Below the pieces are notes generated by a model. It was not told where the DNA came from. It was given only the letters and a program-made list of their open reading frames with translations, and ran no database searches. From Cycas panzhihuaensis (lineage: Eukaryota; Plantae; Cycadophyta), in the NCBI GenBank assembly GCA_023213395.1, contig CM041465.1, forward strand, positions 126,239,741 to 126,303,740: a stretch of DNA of 64,000 nucleotides, in the 5' to 3' direction. Both the position numbers and the translations under genes were made by a program. This document shows positions 25,256 to 40,599 of this stretch, in pieces. Every line of letters starts with the position of its first letter. Within the stretch, counting starts at the first letter, position 1.

Positions 25256-28200
25256 CCATCCCTTAATAGGAGCTTCATTTCTTCTGATACCGAGGTCATG
25301 TCTAAACCGTTTAAACTTTGATTTACTAAGAGCTTTGGTGAAGATGTCCACAACCTGGTCCTCAGTTGGATGATAGACGAAATTAGCTTCTCCGTTCTAG
25401 ACATGTTCATGGATGAAGTGATGATGGATCTCAATGTATTCAACTATCATGAAATACAGGATTCCATCTCTGATACACTTTGATTGTGGTAATCGAGGAT
25501 GATGGGTGCATGTCATTGAAGTCCAAGTTCAGTAAGAATGCTTTTAAGATAAATCAACTCAGTTGTATGATGGACAACTGCTTTATATTCTATTTTGATG
25601 GAGGAAATAGAAACACTTGGCTGCTTATTATAGCTCCACGAGATTACAACTAAATTTACGTCAAAATAATAACTCAAGTTGAGTCGTGAGTATCTTGGCA
25701 ACTTGCCCAGTCAGCATCTATATGTCCTTTTAGTATAGGGGGATTAGATTAGTTATAGTTAACGCCAAACTGATGTGTGCCATGGATATATCTGAGAATC
25801 CTAGTATAGGCTTTCTAATGATATACTTTTGGTTATGACATGTACCTAGAATAGATCTCTACTACATATAAAATATCCATACGAGTGTGGGTGAAATAGA
25901 TGAGGTTTCCAACTAATTGTTGGTACAAAGTGGGATCAAAAGGCTTTCCTTGTTTATCTAGGTTTGGGTTAGTTCCTTTCTCCATAGGAATTTATGCTGT
26001 TTTATATATTGTCATCCTAAATTTTTCTAAAAGCTCATTGGCATACTTTGTTTGAGTCAGGAAGATGTGTCTTAGTTCTTGTCAAACATAATGTTCAAGG
26101 AAGTAGTGGAGTAACCTACGATCTGTCATCTCAAAGTTACCTCTCAATTATGATTGAAGCCAAGCAAGGCCATCTGTGTCATTGTCAATGATTGCAAGAT
26201 CATTTACATAGAGAACAACGATCATGGTCAAATTATCTCTAGCCCGAATGTAGAGATCTAGGTCATAGGGTGAACAATTGAATCCGTGCTAGTTAAGGAC
26301 ATCATCAATCTTTATACACCAGGTACATTGTGCTTGTTTCAGTATATAGATGGATTTTTCGAGTCTACATACTGAGTATTCTTATCTTGGACTAGTATAG
26401 ATGGGGTGTTGTTTGAAGAAAACCTATTCTTTAAGGTCTCTATTGAGGAAAGTACTCTTCACATCTATTTGCTAAATACGCCAATTAAATTAGATTGCTA
26501 AGGACATAACCAAATGGAGTGTGATCACATTAGCTACCAGTGCAAAGGTCTTGTCATAATCAATCCCATCTTATTATTTAAAACCACTTGCTATAAGGCG
26601 AGCTTTGCGAGTGTCATATTTTGTAAGGCCTTTTAGCAATTATGGGAGGAGGAACATCTATTAATAATTGTTATACCCATTAGGATTTAGTTGAATGCTA
26701 GTGGCTTCCACCTGAAGGTCATCAACTAAAATTAGAGGTAAAGTTATACTTTCTTGAGTTGTTGATGTAGATGCTACTGGAATCGATGAAGCAGCTGGAG
26801 TGTACGAGGAGGCTAGTATTGGTGGCTCCACAATTTGTCCAAGAGTCACTTAAGATGCATGAACTTCTTCTACTGCTATAATATAAGGTTGAGGTGGAGG
26901 TAGGTCCTATGAATCTTCTATAAATATTATATCCCGTGTTAATAAACTTGGTTCCCAACCATGTCAAACACTTTATAGGCTTTCCAACCAAGTACATAAT
27001 TAAGGAAGATGCATTTCAGACTCTTGTCATCAAGCTTGTGTTTGTTTTCCTTTGAAATATGTTTATATTCCATGCATCCAAAGATCTTCACGGGGGCTAC
27101 CAATGGTTTCTGACATGACCAAACTTCTTCAAGAGTAATATTCCTAACTACAATTCTGGGACTTATGTTGGTTAGATAAATAGTTATGGTTGTGGCATCA
27201 ACCCAGGATCTAGTGGTAAGATTTGGCAAAGACCGAGCATTGCTTTTCCTTTATTTATCAATGCCTAATTCATTCTTTTAACCACACCATTTGGTTGAGG
27301 TGTGTGGGGAGCTGAGAACTGATGTTGGATGCCATGTTCCTTGCCCAAAATGTTGGACTGATTAGAAATATACTCGCCACCATTATCAGATCTAAGGAGC
27401 TTGATTATCATTCTACTTTTCTTTTCTATGGCAGCTTTGAACTCTTTGAATTTATTTAGGGTTTTATACTTATTTCTCAGGAGATAAACCTACATTTTCC
27501 TTGAGAAGTCATCTATGAATGTGATGAAATGCCAGCTTTTATTGAGTGGTTAGACAGGTACCAACCCGCGAATTTCTGGGTGGACCATCTCTAACGGCGC
27601 TGAGGATCTCCATGCGTTCTTAGAAGGAAAATTTTCTCATTAGTGCTTTTCTATTAGGCAAGCCTCACATATGTTGTTGTACCTCTTAATTTTATGTAAA
27701 CCATGTACCATTTGGAGCTTAAACATGAGGTCCAAGCTTTGCATGTTTAAATGACTTAGGCATTAATTCCATAGGTATACTTTGGAGCCATTTGAGATGA
27801 TAATTTCCTTTTAATATGAGAATTCACCTGGTTCTTATATACAGGGGGACTCTTCATTAATGACTTCATTTACCTCATCAATTTGAGCTGTGTTGGGAAT
27901 TGAACAAGCTTCATTTTATGGAGTAGTTGTAAGGGGGATACCACCCAACCTATATAGGCCACCATCTTCATATCTTATGGCCACAAGCTTGCACGTTGCA
28001 TGATCTGCGATTCTACTAATGCCCTAGACAAAGAGGACATCTAAATTCTGTTTGTTTATTTCATTGATAGAGAGCAAGTTCATCTCCATTTCATGTGCAA
28101 GGAATATATTATTGATGTGGTGCCTCATATTGGAGTCCTTCAAAGCTATTGGAGCCCTACCAATTTTGGTCATTATCGTAAGCCAAATTATCCCCAAATG

Positions 28201-29389
28201 TGATAGTTTGAGTATCGACTGGGCGAGTCTCTTCTAACATTTTTTCTAATCCGATCATATATCTCCTTGCACCTGACTCAAGAAGCCATGCATCCTCATC
28301 AAGTTGTGCAGAAAGAGCTGTAAAAAATAGGTGATGGAAGGAGGAATCCTAATTGTGTACCACATTACTTCCGTATTATTTATTATTATGCTGGTTTCTT
28401 TAATTTTTGATAGTGAATTACTGCTTATTTTGAGGTCTTTCTCCTTGAGCAGGTCTCAGATTCCAATTATGTTGGTAGAATTGGCCTTGTGGTTGGAATG
28501 ATGACCCTTCTTATTGTTGAATAAGGCCTCTTTATTGGAAATATGGGCCTCCTTGTTACAAAATAAGACCTCGCTATTATGGAAACGGGGCTCTTTGTAG
28601 AAGGCACGATCCTCCTTAGTAATATCCTTGTCTCTATTAAGAGTAACTAGGACCTCTTTATTGATATGAGGGTGGTCCTTATTAGTAGGTTAGGCCTAAT
28701 CGTTGATAATAAGAGGTAGCTTATTAGAAGCGAGGCCCATATGATTGACTCAATTGATTTTACAAGAGTTGTGAATCAACTTGTCCTCACTTGCATTAAC
28801 AGAAGTGTCTTTTTTTATCATAGTAGAGGCAACTGACATCTGGTCTAACCTATTAATTCTTTTAAAGTTGTGCATATGGCTGGTATTGAGACTGCCGATG
28901 CCAATGAGTTAGACGGGAGGAGGAGGTGTTAATTGGTTATTACTTCTTTTAGGTTGGTTGTTGATATGGCTCTTGGGATATGGTCAGAGAATCTAAGTGT
29001 TGAGTTAGATCTTGGTGTTGACTAAGTTGTTGAGTTGATCTATTGATAGTCTTACGCTTTTCTGAGTTATGGGTCAGAAGGTAGGAGCGGGGTTAGATAT
29101 ACATGTCGCCCCAAGTCAGTCAGTTGAGTATATTCTCCTCTTATAACAAGAGTTCCTCGCAGGTTGTGAAGTCTATTTTGGAATAATTACCATTTAATTT
29201 GGAAACAAAGGAGTTATATTCTATAGGTAGGATGTCAATGATGCTAGAGATTAAATCATGGTTTGAAAGTGGTTCATTAAGGATTATAAGTTAGTTCCTA
29301 GTTATTTTGATTTTAATCAAGTGGTGTGCAACGCTGCCAAAAATGTATACTTTTATCAAAACGTTATGAACTTAAAGAAGATAAGTCAT
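25256..29389 (-). mobile_element. Old degenerate copia internal region with RT and RNase H retained (parent form of the monomer fragment)
   Basis: Continues past the monomer breakpoint (26400/26401) with VCRLEKSIYILKQA, VLYVNDL and DQVVDIFTKAL remnants. Confidence 0.88.
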
Positions 29390-30845
29390 GAAAATAAGAT
29401 TAATTTTAGATTCACGTATTCATTATAGGGTGTACCCTATGCTTGGCACAAATAATTATACCCAACTAAGACATGGGAGAATATTATGAAGTAATTTAAG
29501 GAGATATTGTAAAAGTTTTTAAGTAATGAGGTAGTGGAGTTATCTCTCAAGGAAATGAGATAAAGGCTAGTAGAATTACTTTTAATACGTATATGAAAAA
29601 TAAATATTAAAGTTGTAAGTATTATGAATGGAGAAAAAATCATGGATTATAATAAGAGAAACTATTTTATAAATGGGCTAAATTCTAAAGTAAGGGCCAT
29701 AATGGTGATTCATTCCTTGAAATGCTTCCATTTCACACATGAGTTGGTATTACACTTTGAGAAAGAGATGGGCATTTAAAAGGGCAGCCATAAACCTTAT
29801 TATTTAGATCACAAGATAAAATGTAATAATTTAGAAGCCAAAATATAAATAAACCTTGCTATTAAGAAACAAAAATAAAGGAGACCTCAAAAGTAGAAGC
29901 CTTTAAAAAGGAAGTCACAAGATTAAAGTTATAAAGAAAGAAACATCAGCTTACTAAGGAGAAGAAGAATAAAAAAATATAAGGGTAACGAACCGTAATT
30001 GAAGAAGTGGTGTCACATTTGTGATAATAATTCATATTCTAGTAAAAAATGTGACCTAAATGAGAGGAATAATATGGTAAAAGAGTAAAGTACATGGTGT
30101 TATATTTATGATATGTATAACCATAATATGAATAAACACTATTTTAATATATGTAAAACAAACCAATACTAAGACAAGTTATGGAAGAAGGAACAACTTA
30201 ACCATGATGCAATATACTAATGACGCAGGAAGGCATGTGAAAAAATAATAATGCATGAAGAGAGAGTAAAGGAAATGTACTAAACTAACTAAAATAATAG
30301 AGATAAAATTGATCTATCCTCATAGAAAATACCTATAGAGAGATCAAACATCACCTAATAAGAAGGCTGTTAAAATCTAAGAGGTCCACTAGAGCATATA
30401 TGCCTAAACTATTGAGAAAAGTATGTGCTTGGCCTATTGTAGATACCCTTTATAAAGAAGAATATCCTATCCTAACCCAGACTCTTAAATATACCTAAAA
30501 CACTAGACTCAATCTTAAAATATGAGAAGGGACTAACTAGAGTAAGAGGCCTAAAGGAGTTAAGACCACATGATCCATATGATCATTAGGTAGGTTCTTG
30601 GAAAATTATCAATAGCAGTGACTCATCTCACATAAGTTTGAGATAGGCTAACAAAGACATGCATTTAACTCCAACTAGCATCAAGCTCTAATAGGTAAAA
30701 TAAAAAGAGGCCACTGCTCTCAATAAGATGCATAGAGTTCACTCAGTTGTTGAGGCCACACATATAAACGCATAGTGAGGGTAGATGCCCACCATTAGGC
30801 CAATCAGAATATGAATCATAAGACTCTTCTCACATAAGGCCAAAA

Positions 30846-31341
30846 GATCACCTCTCTCATCTAATGGTTAAATCTAGGTTCAAAGAAAGTGATCTACCTT
30901 ATTTGTAAAAGAATAAGTACTTTGAGATATTATGTATCTTGATGTATTTTGTATATGCAAGAAGATAATTTATATCTTCTTGTTGTTTAGGAGATTAAAG
31001 TCAAATAATTATTGTTGAACTAATTTCTAGGTGTGATGTTGATGTACTCTAAAGTAAATAAATGGCAATTCATTATTTTGAATCAAATAAGAAAACCAAT
31101 GACAAAAAGAGTTAAATTTAAGATTCGAAATGTTTATTAGATGAATAAAGAGCGTAGAAGTTATTTTCTTTCATTGCATTTGGACGTTACTAATATTGAC
31201 AACACAATGTAGATGATGCACTATAAGGAGCGAATGATTCCCAGGGATTACATCTGCATTCATTTTAGTTTGTAGAAATGGTGCTTCAAAGCTTCGTTAG
31301 CTGAAAGACATTCCCTTGGGTCAAACTTCAAGAATCTCAAG
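30846..31341 (-). pseudogene. LAMMER kinase 3'-end fragment, monomer copy
   Basis: Homologous to 21132-21620. Confidence 0.9.
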
Positions 31342-34319
31342 ATGGGGTGTTGTTTGAAGAAAACCTCTTCTTTAAGGTCTCTATTGAGGAAAGTACCCTT
31401 CACATCCATTTGCTAAATATTTCGATTAAATTAGATTGCTAAGGACATAACCAAACAGAATGTGATCACATTGGCTACTAGTGCAAAGGTCTTGTGATAA
31501 TCAATCCCCTCTTGTTATTTAAAACCTCCCGCTATAAGGCGAGCTTTGCGAGTGTCATACTTTCTAAGGCCTTTTAACATTTATTGGAGGAGGAACATCC
31601 ATTAATAATTGTTATACCCATTAGGATTTAGTTGAATGCTAGTGGCTTCCACCTGAAGTTCATAAACTAAAATTGGATGTAAAGTTATACTTTCTTGAGT
31701 TGTTGATGTAGATGCTACTAGAATCGATGAAGGAGCTGGAGTGTAGGAGGAGGCTAGTTTTGGTGGCTCGACAATTTGTCCAAGAGTCACTTAAGATACA
31801 AAACCTACTTCTACTGCTATAATATAAGGTTGAGGTGGAGGTAGGTCCTATAAATCTTCTATAAATATTATATCCCGTGTTACGTAAACTTGGTTACCAA
31901 CTATGTCAAACACTTTATAGGCTTTACAACAAAGTACATAGCTAAGGAAGATGCATTTCAGGCTCTTGTCATCAAGCTTCTTTTTGTTTTCCTTTGAAAT
32001 ATATTTATATTCCATGCATCCAAAGATCTTCACGAGTACTACCGATGGTTTCTGACCTGACTAAACTTCTTCAAGAGTAATATTCCTAACTACAATTCTG
32101 GGACTTATGTTGGTTAGATAAGTAGTTATGGTTGTGGCATCAACCTAAGATCTGGTGGTAAGATTTGCATGACTAAGCATTGCTTTTCCTTTATTTATCA
32201 ATGTCTAATTCATTCTTTTGACTACACGATTTTGTTGAGTTGTGTGGGGAGATGGGAACTGATGTTGGATGCCATGTCCCTTGCCCAAAATGTTGAACTG
32301 ATTAGAAATATACTCACCACCATTATCAGATCTAAGGAGCTTGATTATCATTCTACTTTTCTTTTCTATGGCGCCTTTTGAACTCTTTGAATTTATTTAG
32401 GGTTTTATACTTATTTCTTAGGAAATAGACCTACATTTTCCTTGAGATGTCATCTATGAATGTGATGAAATGCCAGTTTTTATTGAGTGGTTAGACAGGT
32501 ATCAACCCGTAAATTTCTGGGTGGACCATCTTTAACTGCTACTGGGATCTCCATGCTCTTAGAAGGAAAATTTTCTCGTTAGTACTTTTCTATTAGGCAA
32601 GCCTGACATATGTTGTTGTACCTCTTAATTTTATGTAAACCGTGTACGCTTTGGAGCTTAAACGTGAGGTCCAAGCTTTGCATGTTTAAATGGCTTAGTC
32701 ATTAAATCCATAGATATACTTTGAGCTATTTAAGATGACAATTTCCTTTCAATATGAGAATTGACCTGGTTCTTATATACAAGGAGACTCTTCATTAATG
32801 ACTTCATTTACCTTATCGCTTGAGTCGTGTTGGGAATTGAACAAGCTTTATTTTATAGAGTAGTTGTGGGGATACCACCAAACCTATATAGGCCACCATC
32901 TTCATGTCTTTTGGCCATGTGTTTGCATGTTGCATGATCTCATGATTCTAGTAATGCCCTAGCTAAAGAGGACATCTAAATTCGTTTATTTATTTCATTG
33001 ATAGAGAGCAAGTTCATCTCCATTTCGGGTGCAAGGAATATATTATTGATGTGGTGCCTCGTATTGGAGTCCTTCAAAGCTATTGGAGCACTACCGATTT
33101 TGGTTATTATCGTAAGTCAAATTATCCCCAAATGTGAAAGTTTGAGTATGGATTGCGCAGGTCTCTTCTAACATTTTTTCTAATCCGATCATATATCTCG
33201 TTACAACTGTCTCAAGGAGCCATGCATCCTCATCAAGTTGTGAAGAAACAGCTGCAAAGAATAGGTTATGGAAGGAGGAATCCTAATTGTCTACCACATT
33301 ACTTCCCTATTATTTATTATTATGCTGGTTCCTTTAATTTTTGATAGTGAATTGCTGCTTATTTTGAGGTCTTTCTCCTTGAGCAGGTCTCAGATTCCAA
33401 TTGTGTTGGTAGAATTAGCCTTGTGGTTGGAATGATGACCCTTCGTATTATTGAATAAGGCCTCTTTATTAGAAATATCAGCCTCCTTGTTACAAAATAA
33501 GACCTCGCTATTATGGAAACAAGGCTTTCTGTAGAAGGCACGATCCTTCTTAGTAATATCCTTGTCTCTATTAAGAGTAACTAAGACCTCCTTGTTGATA
33601 TGAGGGTGGTTCTTATTAGTAGATTAGGCCTAATCGTTGATAATAAGAGGTAGCTTATTAGAAGCGAGGCCCATATGATTGGCTCAATTGATTTTACAAG
33701 AGCTGTAAATCAACTTGTCCTCACTTGCATTAACTAAGTGTCTTTTCTAATTATAGTAGAGGCAATTGACATTTGGTCTCACCTATTAATTCTTTTAAAG
33801 TTGTGCATATGGATGGTATTGAGATTGCTGATGCCAATGAGTTAAACGGGAGGATGAGGTGTTAATTGGTTATTACTTCTCTTAGGTTGGATGTTGATAT
33901 GGCTCTTGGGATGTGGTCAGAGAATCCAATTGTTGAGTTAGATCTTGGTGTTGACTAAGCTGTTGAGTTGATCTATTGATAGTCTTACGCTTTTATGAGT
34001 TATGGGTCAGAAGGTAGGAGCGGGGTTTGATATACATGTCGCCCTAAGTCAGTTGAGTATATTCTCCTCTTATAACAAGAGTTCCTCACAGGTCGTGAAG
34101 TCTATTTTGGAATAATTACCATGTAATTCGGAAACAAAGGAGTTATATTATATAGATAGGATGTCAGTGATGCTAGAGATTAAATCATGGTTTAAAAGTA
34201 GTTCATTAAGGATTATAAGTTAGTTCCTAGTTATTTTGACTTTAATCAAGTGGCGTGCAACACTGCCAAAAAAGGTATACCTTTATTAAAACTTTATGAA
34301 CTTAAAGAAGATAAGTTAT
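31342..34319 (-). mobile_element. Degenerate copia fragment (monomer copy)
   Basis: Homologous to 14537-17505; ORF 31848-32033. Confidence 0.87.
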
Positions 34320-35741
34320 GAAAATAAGATTAATTTTAGATTCACGTATTTATTATAGGGTGTACCCTATGCTTGGCACAAATAATTACACCCAACTAAG
34401 ACATGGGAGAATATTATGAAGTAATTTAAGGAGATATTGTAAAAGTTTTTAAGTAATGAGGTAGTGGAGTTATCTCTCAAGGAAATGAGATAAAGGCTAA
34501 TAGAATTACTATTAATACGTATATAAAAAATAAATATTAAAGTTGTAAGTATTATGAATGGAGAAAAAATCATGGATTATAATAAGAGAAACTATTTTAT
34601 AAATGGGCTAAATTCTAAAGTAAGGGCCACAATGGTGACTCATTCCTTGAAATGCTTCTATTTCACACATGAGTTGGTATGCAACCATAAACCTTATTAT
34701 TTAGACCACGAGACAAAATGTAATAATTAATAAGCCAAAATATAAATAAACCTTGCTATTAAGTAACAAAAGTAAAGGAGACCTCAAAAGTAGAAGCCTT
34801 TAAAAAGGAAGTCATAAGGTTAAAGTTATAAAGAAAGAAACCTCAACTTACTAAGGAGAAGAAGAACAAAAAAATATAGGGGTAACGAACGGTAATTGAA
34901 GAAGTGGTGTCACATTTGTGATAATAATTCATATTCTGGTAAAAAATGTGACCCAAATGAGAGGAATAATATGGTAAAAAAGTAAAGTATATGGTGTTAT
35001 ATTTGTGATTTGGATAACCATAAAATGAATAAACACTATTTTAATATATGTAAAATAAACCAATACTAAGACAAGTTATGGAAGAAGGAACAATCGAACC
35101 ATGATGCAATATACTAATGAAGCAGGAAGGCATGTGAAAAAGTAATAATGCATGAAGAGAGAGTAAAGGAAATGTACTAAACTAACTAAAATAATAGAGA
35201 TAAAATTAATCTATCCTCATAGAAAATACCTATAGAGAGATCAAACATCACGTAATAAGAAGGCTGACAAAATCTAAGAGGCCCACTAGAGCATATATGC
35301 CCAAACTATTGAGAAAAGTATGTGCTTGGCCTATTGTAGATACCCTTTATAAAGAAGAATGTCCTATCCTAACCCATACTCTTAAATATACCTAAAACAC
35401 TAGACTCAATCTTAAAATATGAGAAGGGACTAACTAGAGCAAGAGGCCTAAAGGAGTTAAGACCATAGGATCCATATGATCATTAGGTAGGTTCTTGGAA
35501 AATTATCAATAGTAGTGACTCATCTCACATAAGTTTGAGATAGGCTAATAGTACATGCATTTAACTCCAACTAGCATCAAGCTCTAATAGGTAAAATAAA
35601 AAGAGGCCACTGCTCTCAATAAGATGCATAGAGTTCACTCAGTTGTTGAGGCCACACATATAAACGCATAGTGAGGGTAGATGCCCACCATTAGGCCAAT
35701 CAGAATATGAATCATAAGACTCTTCTCACATAAGGCCAAAA

Positions 35742-36240
35742 GATCACCTCTCTCATCTAATGGTTAAATCTAGGTTCAAAGAAAGTGATCTACCTTATTT
35801 GTAAAAGAATAAGTACTTTGAGATATTATGTATCTTGATGTATTTTGTATATGCAAGAAGATAATTTATATCTTCTTGTTGTTTAGGAGATTAAAGTCAA
35901 ATAATTATTGTTGAACTAATTTCTAGGTGTGATGTTGATGTACTCTAAAGTAAATAAATAGGAATTCATTATTTTGAATCAAATAAGAAAACCAATGACA
36001 AAAAAGAGTTAAATTTAAGAATCGAAATGTTTACTAGATGAATAAAGAGCGTAGAAGCTGTTTTCTTTCATTGTGTTTGGACGTTACTAATATTGACAAC
36101 ACAATGTAGATGATGCACTATCAAGAGCGAATGATTCCCAGGGATTACATCTACCTTCATTTTAGTTTGTAGAAATGGTGCTTCAAAGCTTCCTTAGTAG
36201 AAAGACGTTCCCTTGGGTCAAACTTCAACAAACCTCGAAG
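35742..36240 (-). pseudogene. LAMMER kinase 3'-end fragment, monomer copy
   Basis: Homologous to 21132-21620. Confidence 0.9.
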
Positions 36241-39190
36241 ATGGGGTGTTGTTTGAAGAAAACGTCTTCTTTAAGGTCTCTGTTGAGGAAAGTACCCTTC
36301 ACATCTATTTGCTAAATATGTCGATTAAATTAGATTGCTAAGGACATAACCAAATGGAATGTGATCACATTGGCTATCGGTGCAAAGGTCTTATCATAAT
36401 CAATCCCCTCTTGTTATTTAAAAGCCCTTGTTATAAGGCGAGCTTTGCGAGTGTCATACTTTGTAAGGCCTTTTAGCAGTTATGGGAGGAGGAACATCCA
36501 TTAATAATTGTTATACCCATTAGGATTTAGTTGAATGCTAGTGGCTTCCACCTGAAGTTCATCAACTAAAATTGGAGGTAAAGTTATACTTTCTTGAGTT
36601 GTTGATGTAGATGCTACTGGAATCGATGAAGGAGCTGGACTGTAGGAGGAGACTAGTTTTGATGGCTCCACAATTTGTCCAAGAGTCACTTAAGATACAT
36701 AAACTACTTCTACTACTATAATATAAGGTTGAGGTGAAGGTAGGTCCTATGAATCTTCTATAAATATTATATCCCGTGTTGTGTAAACTTGGTTACCAAC
36801 TATGTCAAACACTTTATAGGCTTTACAACCAAGTACATAGCTAAAGAAGATGCATTTTAGGCTCTTGTCATCAAGCTTCTTTTCATTTTCCTTTGAAATA
36901 TATTTATATTCCATGCATCCAAAGATTTGCACGAGTACTATCGATGGTTTCTGACCTGACCAAACTTCTTCAAGAGTAATATTCCTAACTGCAATTCTAG
37001 GACTTATGTTGGTTAGGTAAGTAGTTATGGTTGTGGCATCAACCCAAGATCTGGTGGTAAGATTTGCAACACTAAGCATGGCTTCTCCTTTATTTATCAA
37101 TGTCTAATTCATTCTTTTGACTACACCATTTTGTTGAGGTGTGTGAGGAGTTGGGAACTGATGTTGATGCCATGTTCTCTCGCCCAAAATGTTGAACTGA
37201 TTAGAACTATACTCTAAGCCACCATTATCAGATTTAAGGAGCTTGATTATCATTCTACTTTTCTTTTTTATGGCAATTTTGAACTCTTTGAATTTATTTA
37301 GGGTTTTATACTTTTTTCTCAGGAGATAGACCTACATTTTCCTTGAGAAGTCATCTATGAATGTGATGAAATGCCAGCTTTTATTGAGTGGTTAGATGTG
37401 CACCGATCCGCGACTTCGGGTGGACCGCCTCTAACGGCTACCGAGGATCTCCATGCTCTTAGAAGGAAAAATTTCTCTTTAGTGCTTTTCTATTAGGCAA
37501 GCCTCACATATGTTGTTGTACCTCTTAATTTTATGTAAACCATGTACCATTTGGAGCTTAAACATGAGGTCCAAGCTTTGCATGTTTAAATGACTTAGGC
37601 ATTAATTCCATAGGTGTACTTTGGAGCTATTTGAGATGATAATTTCCTTTCAATATGAGAATTCACCTGGTTCTTATATACAGGGGGACTCTTCATTAAT
37701 GACTTCATTTACCTTATCAATTTGAGCTATGTTGGGAATTGAACAAGCTTCATTTTATGGAGTAGTTGTAAGGGGGATACCACCCAACCTATATAGGCCA
37801 CCATCTTCATATCTTATGGCCACAAGCTTGCACGTTGCATGATCTGTGATTCTACTAATGCCCTAGACAAAGAGGACATCTAAATTCTGTTTGTTTATTT
37901 CATTGATATAGGGCAAGTTCATCTCCATTTCCGGTGCAAGGAATATATTATTGATGTGGTGCCTCATATTGGAGTCCTTCAAAGCTATTGGAGCCCTACC
38001 AATTTTGGTATTATCGTAAGTCAAATTATCCCCAAATGTGATAGTTTAAGTATCGACTGGACGGGTCTCTTCTAATATTTTTTCTAATCCGATCATATAT
38101 CTCGTTGCACCTGACTCAAGGAGCCATGCATCCTCATCAAGTTGTGAAGAAAGAGCTGCAAAGAATAGGTGATGGAAGGAGGAATCCTAATTGTCTACCA
38201 CATTACTTCCCTATTATTTATTATTATGCTGGTTTCTTTAATTTTTGATAGTGAATTGTAGCTTATTTTGAGGTCTTTCTCCTTGAGCAGGTCTCAGATT
38301 CCAATTGTGTTGGTAGAATTGGCCTTGTGGTTGGAATGATGACCCTTCTTATTGTTGAATAAGGCCTCTTCATTGGAAATATAGGCCTCCTTGTTACAAA
38401 ATAAGACCTCGCTATTATGGAAACGGGGCTCTTTGTAGAAGGCACGATCCTCCTTAGTAATATCCTTGTCTCTATTAAGAGTAACTAGGACCTCCTTGTT
38501 GATATGAGGGTGGTCCTTATTAGTAGATTAGGCCTAATCGTTGATAATAAGAGGTAGCTTATTAGAAGCGAGGCCTATATGATTGGCTCAATTGATTTTA
38601 CAAGAGTTGTGAATCAACTTGTCCTCACTTGCATTAACAGAAGTGCCTTTTTTTATCATAGTAGAGGCAACTGACATATGGTCTAACCTATTAATTCTTT
38701 TAAAGTTGTGCATATGGCTGGTATTGAGACTGCTGATGCCAATGAGTTAGACGGGAGGAGGAGGTGTTAATTGGTTATTACTTCTCTTAGGTTGGTTGTT
38801 GATATGGCTCTTGGGATATGGTCAGAGAATCCAAGTGTTGAGTTAGATCTTGGTGTTGACTAAGCTGTTGAGTTGATCTATTAATAGTCTTACGCTTTTA
38901 TGAGTTATGGGTCAGAAGGTAGGAGCGGGTTAGATATACATGTCGCCCAAGTCGGCCATTGAGTATATTCTCCTCTTATAACAAGAGTTCCTCACAGGTC
39001 GTGAAGTCTATTTTGGAATAATTACCATTTAATTTGGAAACAAAGGAGTTATATTCTATAGAGATTAAATCATGGTTTGAAAGTGGCTCGTTAAGGATTA
39101 TAGGTTAGTTCCCGCTATTTTGACTTTAATCAAGTGGTGTGCAACGTATACCTTTATCAAAACGTTATGAACTTAAAGAAGATAAGTCAT
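36241..39190 (-). mobile_element. Degenerate copia fragment (monomer copy)
   Basis: ORF 36747-37100 differs from 15041-15394 by one residue. Confidence 0.87.
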
Positions 39191-40599
39191 GAAAATAAGA
39201 TTAATTTTAGATTCACCTATTCATTATAGGGTGTACCCTATGCTTGGCACAAATAATTATACCCAACTAAGACATGGGAGAATATTATGAAGTAATTTAA
39301 GGAGATATTGTAAAAGTTTTTAAGTAATGAGGTAGTGGAGTTATCTCTCAAGGAAATGAGATAAAGGCTAGTAGAATTACTTTTAATACATATGAAAAAT
39401 AAATATTAAAGTTGTAAGTATTATGAATGGAGAAAAAATCATGGATTATAAGAAGAGAAACTATTTTACAAATGGGCTAAATTCCATTTCACACATGAGT
39501 TGGTATTACACTTTGAGAAAGAGATGGGCATTTAAAAGGGCAGCCATAAACCTTATTATTTAGATCACAAGATAAAATGTAATAATTAAGAAGCCAAAAT
39601 ATAAATAAACCTTGCTATTAAGTAACAAAAATAAAGGAGACCTCAAAAGTAGAAGCCTTTAAAAAGGAAGTCACAAGATTAAAGTTATAAAGAAAGAAAC
39701 CTAAACTTACTAAGGAGAAGAAGAACAAAAAAATATAGCTGTAACGAATCAGAATTAAAGAAGTGGTGTCACATTTGTGATAATAATTCATATTCTAGTA
39801 AAAAATGTGACCTAAATGAGAGGAATAATATGGTAAAAAAGTAAAGTACATGGTGTTATATTTGTGATATGGATAACCATAATATGAATAAACACTATTT
39901 TAATATATGTAAAACAAACCAATACTAGACAAGTTATGGAAGAAGGAACGACTTAACCATGATGCAATATACTAATGGCGCAGAAGGCATGTGAAAAAAT
40001 AATAATGCATGAAGAGAGAGTAAAGGAAATGTACTAAACTAACTAAAATAATAGAGATAAAATTGATCTATCCTCATAGAAAATACCTATAGAGAGATCA
40101 AACATCACCTAATAAGAAGGTCACAAAGCTAAGAGGTCCACTAGAGCATATATGCCTAAACTATTGAGAAAAGTATGTGCTTGGCCCATTGCGTATACCC
40201 TTTATAAAGGAGAATATCCTATCCTAACCTGCACTCTTAAATATACCTAAAACACTAGACTCAATCTTAAAATATGAGAAGGGACTAACTAGAGTAAGAG
40301 GCCTAAAGGAGTTAAGACCACATGATCCACATGATCATTAGGTAGGTTCTTGGAAAATTATCAATTGCAGTGACTCATCTCACATAAGTTTGAGATAGGC
40401 TAATAATAGTACATGCATTTAACTCCAACTGGCATCAAGCTCTAATAGGTAAAATAAAAAGAGGCCACTGCTCTCAATAAGATGCATAGAGTTCACTCAG
40501 TTGTTGAGGCCGCACATATAAACGCATAGTGAGCGTAGATGCCCACCATTAGGCCATTCATAATATGAATCGTAAGACTCTTCTCACATAAGGCCAAAA

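Larger units (their letters stand above)
14600..36299. repeat. ~21.7-kb higher-order repeat, copy 1 (boundaries approximate)
   Basis: Diagnostic monomer variants and the kinase block recur at offsets of ~21.67-21.71 kb: 14795/36501, 19677/41350, 21537/43209, 26661/48341, 31602/53279. Confidence 0.9.
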
